Source: Candidatus Falkowbacteria bacterium (GTDB taxonomy: Bacteria > Patescibacteriota > Patescibacteriia > Patescibacteriales > GWE2-39-37). From it: a stretch of 64,000 nt of DNA. Positions 61,627 through 64,000 of this stretch are shown in pieces. The stretch lies in NCBI GenBank assembly GCA_013336275.1, contig JAAXUA010000001.1:142167-206166 (forward strand), given 5' to 3'. The notes beneath the pieces were generated by a model, which saw nothing but the letters and a program-made list of their open reading frames with translations, searched no databases and was not told the origin of the DNA. The position numbers and the translations under genes were made by a program. The first letter of the stretch is position 1; each line of letters begins with the position of its first letter.

Positions 61627-62391
61627 TTAGATCTGCGCGGCAGCCGGGTTAGCGGCGGGGGCGAAGATCATCTTGGCGCCGGCGACGAAGACGTCGATAG
61701 CGTGATCGATGGTGCTGGACAGCTTGAAGTTGCCGAGATACTGCCCGACCTGAGTCGTGGTAACCGTCTCGTAGCTGCCGGTCTTGAAGCAGAAAGTGGC
61801 CGCTTTGGTGTTTGCGAGGCTGATTACCAGAGTTTCGTTCTTGGCCGAGATCCGCCCGATGGCCGTGATCTTGTGGGTAAAGGAAGCGGCGGGCACTGCC
61901 TTGGAGACCCAGTTGCGCTCGGTGCGCATGGTGGCAAGGGGGATGGAGAACAGCCGGTTCTGGTCGAGCTTCTTGACACAGTAGACCATGTCGTTATACA
62001 GGGTGGCGTCGGCGACCAAGGAGGGCGCTTGGACCATGTCCAGCTTGTTGTTGCCTACGTAGATGTCGGTGTCACTGGCAGATGCGTACCCGGGAAACAG
62101 GCTTTCGTCCAGCTTCTGCTTTCTCATCATCGCGATCAGGTCGGAAGCGATCTGTTTGACATCGCGAGACATCGTCCCCTGGATCTTGAGCATCACGCCG
62201 TCGCGGCAGGTGTGGATGGCCGTGATGATTGTCGCGTTTTTGGGCGCGGCAACGATCGCGACCGAGTCGGTCAGGTTGTTGGCGTCGAGGGTCAGGGTTT
62301 CGATAGTGCCGTCAGCCTTGATAGCCAGGCCGGCAAGGGTTAGCAGGTTGAGATTCTTCGCATCATTGGCAGTAACGATTTTCTTCAGCAT
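61627..62391 (-). CDS. Hypothetical 254-aa beta-rich protein, no signal peptide, no recognised motif
   Basis: ATG at 62391 preceded by AAGGAG (7-nt spacing). Has its own terminator. Normal amino-acid composition, unlike the G/D/R/V-rich antisense ORF. Confidence 0.65.
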   Translation of the reverse strand: MLKKIVTANDAKNLNLLTLAGLAIKADGTIETLTLDANNLTDSVAIVAAPKNATIITAIHTCRDGVMLKIQGTMSRDVKQIASDLIAMMRKQKLDESLFPGYASASDTDIYVGNNKLDMVQAPSLVADATLYNDMVYCVKKLDQNRLFSIPLATMRTERNWVSKAVPAASFTHKITAIGRISAKNETLVISLANTKAATFCFKTGSYETVTTTQVGQYLGNFKLSSTIDHAIDVFVAGAKMIFAPAANPAAAQI

Positions 62392-62513
62392 CAATTATCT
62401 CCTTTTCGTCTGTTGTGGTTGCGGTTTACCGTTGGTCAAAACATAAAAATGAGCAGACTGTGACTATAGCAAGTTATGAAGATACTGTCAAGAGTGTCTT
62501 GGGCTGGGCAATA

Positions 62514-62542
62514 TTGACCAGTTACCTAATATTGGCTATACT
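62514..62542 (+). promoter_or_regulatory. Sigma70-like promoter
   Basis: TTGACC (62514-19), 17-nt spacer, TATACT (62537-42). About 140 nt upstream of the 62684 ATG. Confidence 0.5.
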
Positions 62543-62683
62543 TTTTACATTGGCAGTTTTTCCGCTCTTTTTTCAACAACCGCTCGCGAGCCACGGCCCG
62601 GCTTTGAGAGCACCCCATGAAAGGAGGTGAAACAGATTTAGCCACACAAGAAGGGGCCTTATTTTACCGACGCAGGAGGGAAC

Positions 62684-63115
62684 ATGAAGCATTCAGCTTT
62701 TGCCGTTTTTCTCGGCATTCTTTTCCTCGGCATTTCCGCCGCCTTCGGCCTTCCCCCGCCGGCCTTTGCGCACCACCATCCGGTGGCGCACGTCCATAGC
62801 TTGACGGCGATCCAACCCGTCGTGCTCGCAGCCGAGTGGCCCACTGTTGCTCCGTCAACCTACGCCGCCATCCCGGTCCAGACCAGAGCCTCGCCCGTTA
62901 TCCTGGCAGCTCTCCGGCCCAACGGCGACGGCAACCATCCAGGAGGTGACCGCGACGCTATCGTCGCGTGCTCGAGACCCGAGCCCCTCTTGGCTCATGA
63001 GAAAGGTTTCGCTCAACCGGCAACCGCATCATCCGACGACCAAGGAGTCTTTCGCGACGTTATCGTCGCGTGCTTGAGACCTGGCTCCATCGACGCCCGT
63101 GAAATGCCGGTCTGA
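62684..63115 (+). CDS. Candidate secreted His/Pro/Ala-rich protein with an internal ~34-aa duplication
   Basis: 143 aa. AGGAGG lies 5 nt upstream of the ATG. Signal-peptide-like MKHSAFAVFLGILFLGISAAFG, then AHHHPVAHVH. Very GC-rich (~60-65% by hand count), so coding is not certain. Confidence 0.5.
   Translation: MKHSAFAVFLGILFLGISAAFGLPPPAFAHHHPVAHVHSLTAIQPVVLAAEWPTVAPSTYAAIPVQTRASPVILAALRPNGDGNHPGGDRDAIVACSRPEPLLAHEKGFAQPATASSDDQGVFRDVIVACLRPGSIDAREMPV
62951..63081 (+). repeat. Two copies of a 29-nt hairpin-containing repeat (62951-62979, 63053-63081), 2 mismatches
   Basis: CGCGACG[C/T]TATCGTCGCGTGCT[C/T]GAGACC. The first 18 nt form a 7-bp palindromic stem (CGCGACG/CGTCGCG). Confidence 0.85.
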
Positions 63116-63410
63116 AGACCCCTCTGGACGAAGTTCACACGTGTCGCCGAATACGGACTCCGCGATATGGGCAGGCACGAGCAGAGCACCACCGATTGTG
63201 GAATGTGCAACCTGCTCCAGCGCTGGACTCTGAAATCGGGACGCATTCCGCCCTGACGTAACTGTCGGGCGCACGACGCTTTACCGGCAAGACTCCGCCC
63301 CCGGAAGCAATTTTTCCGGCCTCACATCAACCTAGCCACCTGTAAACACTTCGGGCCAACCAGTCCCATGAATCAACGATCAGCGATAAGCCGATCGTCA
63401 ACCTCAACCG

Positions 63411-63445
63411 CCCCCGGAATATTCTTCCGGGGGTGCTTTATTTTT
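63411..63445 (+). terminator. Intrinsic terminator
   Basis: CCCCCGGAA-TATTC-TTCCGGGGG followed by TGCTTTATTTTT. Confidence 0.75.
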
Positions 63446-63451
63446 AAGGAT

Positions 63452-63478
63452 AAAAAAAGGCCAGCTGGGAAGCTGGCC
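63452..63478 (-). terminator. Intrinsic terminator of the DHOD-like gene
   Basis: Plus strand AAAAAAA-GGCCAGCT-GGGA-AGCTGGCC. Confidence 0.75.
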
Positions 63479-63501
63479 GGTGAAGGTGCTGGGGAATCCG
63501 G

Positions 63502-64000
63502 CTAAAGATGGCGATTGATCAGGGCGAGAGTTTCGTAGGGCAGGTAGGCCGCATCAGTACAGACGCTAATAGCGCTAGCGCCGATATCAAAGTAAGGCTT
63601 GGCCGCGTCGAAAGGCTCGACCGGGACGCCGCCACCCATGATGATGGGCAGATTAACGCGCTTGGCCACTTCCTGATTCTTGGTGAAGCAGAGCTCACGG
63701 ATCGGGCCGCCGGAAACGCCACCCAGACCGTTCTTCAGCGGTGAGCGCGTACCAGCGCCGAAGACCAGTTCGTAAGGAATGGTATTGAAGCAGTGCAGTG
63801 CGTCGGCCAGTTTTTTGGTGGCGATTTCCTCGAAGAATTCGATCGGGTGCATCCAGCTGACCTTGGCGATGATAATTACAAAGGGGAGTTCCTCTCGGAC
63901 TTTTGCCAGGCACTGGAGCACTTGCTGCATGTTTTTGGCAATCTCTTCCTCGGAGTTGGGGCAGCTGAAATTGAGTTCGACCGCCCAAAAGGCTTCGCCG
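63502..64000 (-). CDS. Dihydroorotate dehydrogenase/dihydropyrimidine dehydrogenase-like flavoenzyme, C-terminal part (5' end beyond the window)
   Basis: The reading frame stays open to the window edge and reads ...AVELNFSCPNSEEEIAKNMQQ.... Downstream motifs GGVSGGPIR and IIMGGGV. Confidence 0.65.
   Translation of the reverse strand, partial: GEAFWAVELNFSCPNSEEEIAKNMQQVLQCLAKVREELPFVIIIAKVSWMHPIEFFEEIATKKLADALHCFNTIPYELVFGAGTRSPLKNGLGGVSGGPIRELCFTKNQEVAKRVNLPIIMGGGVPVEPFDAAKPYFDIGASAISVCTDAAYLPYETLALINRHL

Noticed and set aside
61534-62343. 269-aa plus-strand ORF covering the same DNA as the 255-aa minus-strand ORF
   Set aside because: Its translation is G/D/R/V-rich with no SD or terminator, typical of the antisense frame of a GC-rich gene. 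The minus-strand ORF has AAGGAG-7 nt-ATG, normal composition and its own terminator.
62415-62630. 71-aa GTG-initiated ORF with one hydrophobic helix in the divergent intergenic region
   Set aside because: It has no SD and a non-ATG start, and it overlaps the consensus-like promoter at 62514-62542. It is probably non-coding.
62951-63081. Possible CRISPR array, suggested by 29-nt partially palindromic repeats
   Set aside because: There are only two copies, the spacing is 73 nt rather than ~30-40 nt, the flanks are also homologous (a tandem duplication), and there are no cas genes.
1-64000. Alternative genetic code (UGA recoding, as in some CPR lineages)
   Set aside because: All recognisable genes are full-length with standard code 11, and many end in TGA. 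There are no in-frame TGA-interrupted homologues.

Overview
All calls come from reading the sequence and ORF translations. No homology or covariance searches were run. The window uses the standard code (11). Hand counts on a few lines give GC in the high 40s percent. Gene content looks like a small-genome Patescibacteria/CPR-like bacterium, which is an inference.

Layout:
- 1-140: 3' end of RNase P RNA.
- 0.16-18.2 kb: envelope-glycan locus with a priming sugar-phosphate transferase, 2 GT4 and 4 GT2 glycosyltransferases, rfbC-like/rfbB/rfbD/rfbA and galU. Unrelated genes are interspersed (archaeal-type UMP kinase, SOD, HIT, nuclease, membrane-fused spermidine-synthase-like protein).
- 18.2-22.6 kb: PEGA protein, murA, S41 protease, rpmA.
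- 22.9-25.9 kb: Rrf2, L,D-transpeptidase, NifU, Nfu, NifS.
- 26.0-35.7 kb (minus strand): type IV pilus cluster pilB-pilC-three pseudopilin-like genes-pilM-pilN-pilO-like. One pseudopilin is 737 aa and carries seven propeller-like repeats.
- 36.3-42.9 kb: mraY-ftsW-murG-murC-(inverted Crp/Fnr)-murB.
- 43.1-47.7 kb: sigma-region-4/HARE-HTH protein, then a 503-aa membrane protein plus a TM-less TrwB/TraD-like ATPase with a CxxC-x17-CxxC tail.
- 47.7-52.1 kb: DUF1361-like protein, processive GT2 synthase, FtsB-like protein, PpiC-like protein, cytidylyltransferase-like protein.
- 52.1-52.4 kb: tRNA-Gly and tRNA-Thr with a degenerate tRNA-Thr 3' copy.
- 52.5-55.7 kb: RlpA-PBP5 fusion and ftsEX.
- 55.8-63.5 kb: accessory stretch of orphan genes, tRNA-Gln, and a GC-rich islet.

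Most notable observations:
- A 19-bp duplication of the tRNA-Gln 3' end brackets a ~195-bp highly structured non-coding insert.
- The tRNA-Thr trailer shows an analogous scar.
- The membrane-protein/coupling-ATPase gene pair.
- The giant propeller pseudopilin.
- The GC-rich islet, with a promoter-leader-53-aa-peptide-terminator unit, a 255-aa orphan and a His-rich secreted ORF.

I saw no CRISPR array, rRNA, transposase, integrase or reverse transcriptase.
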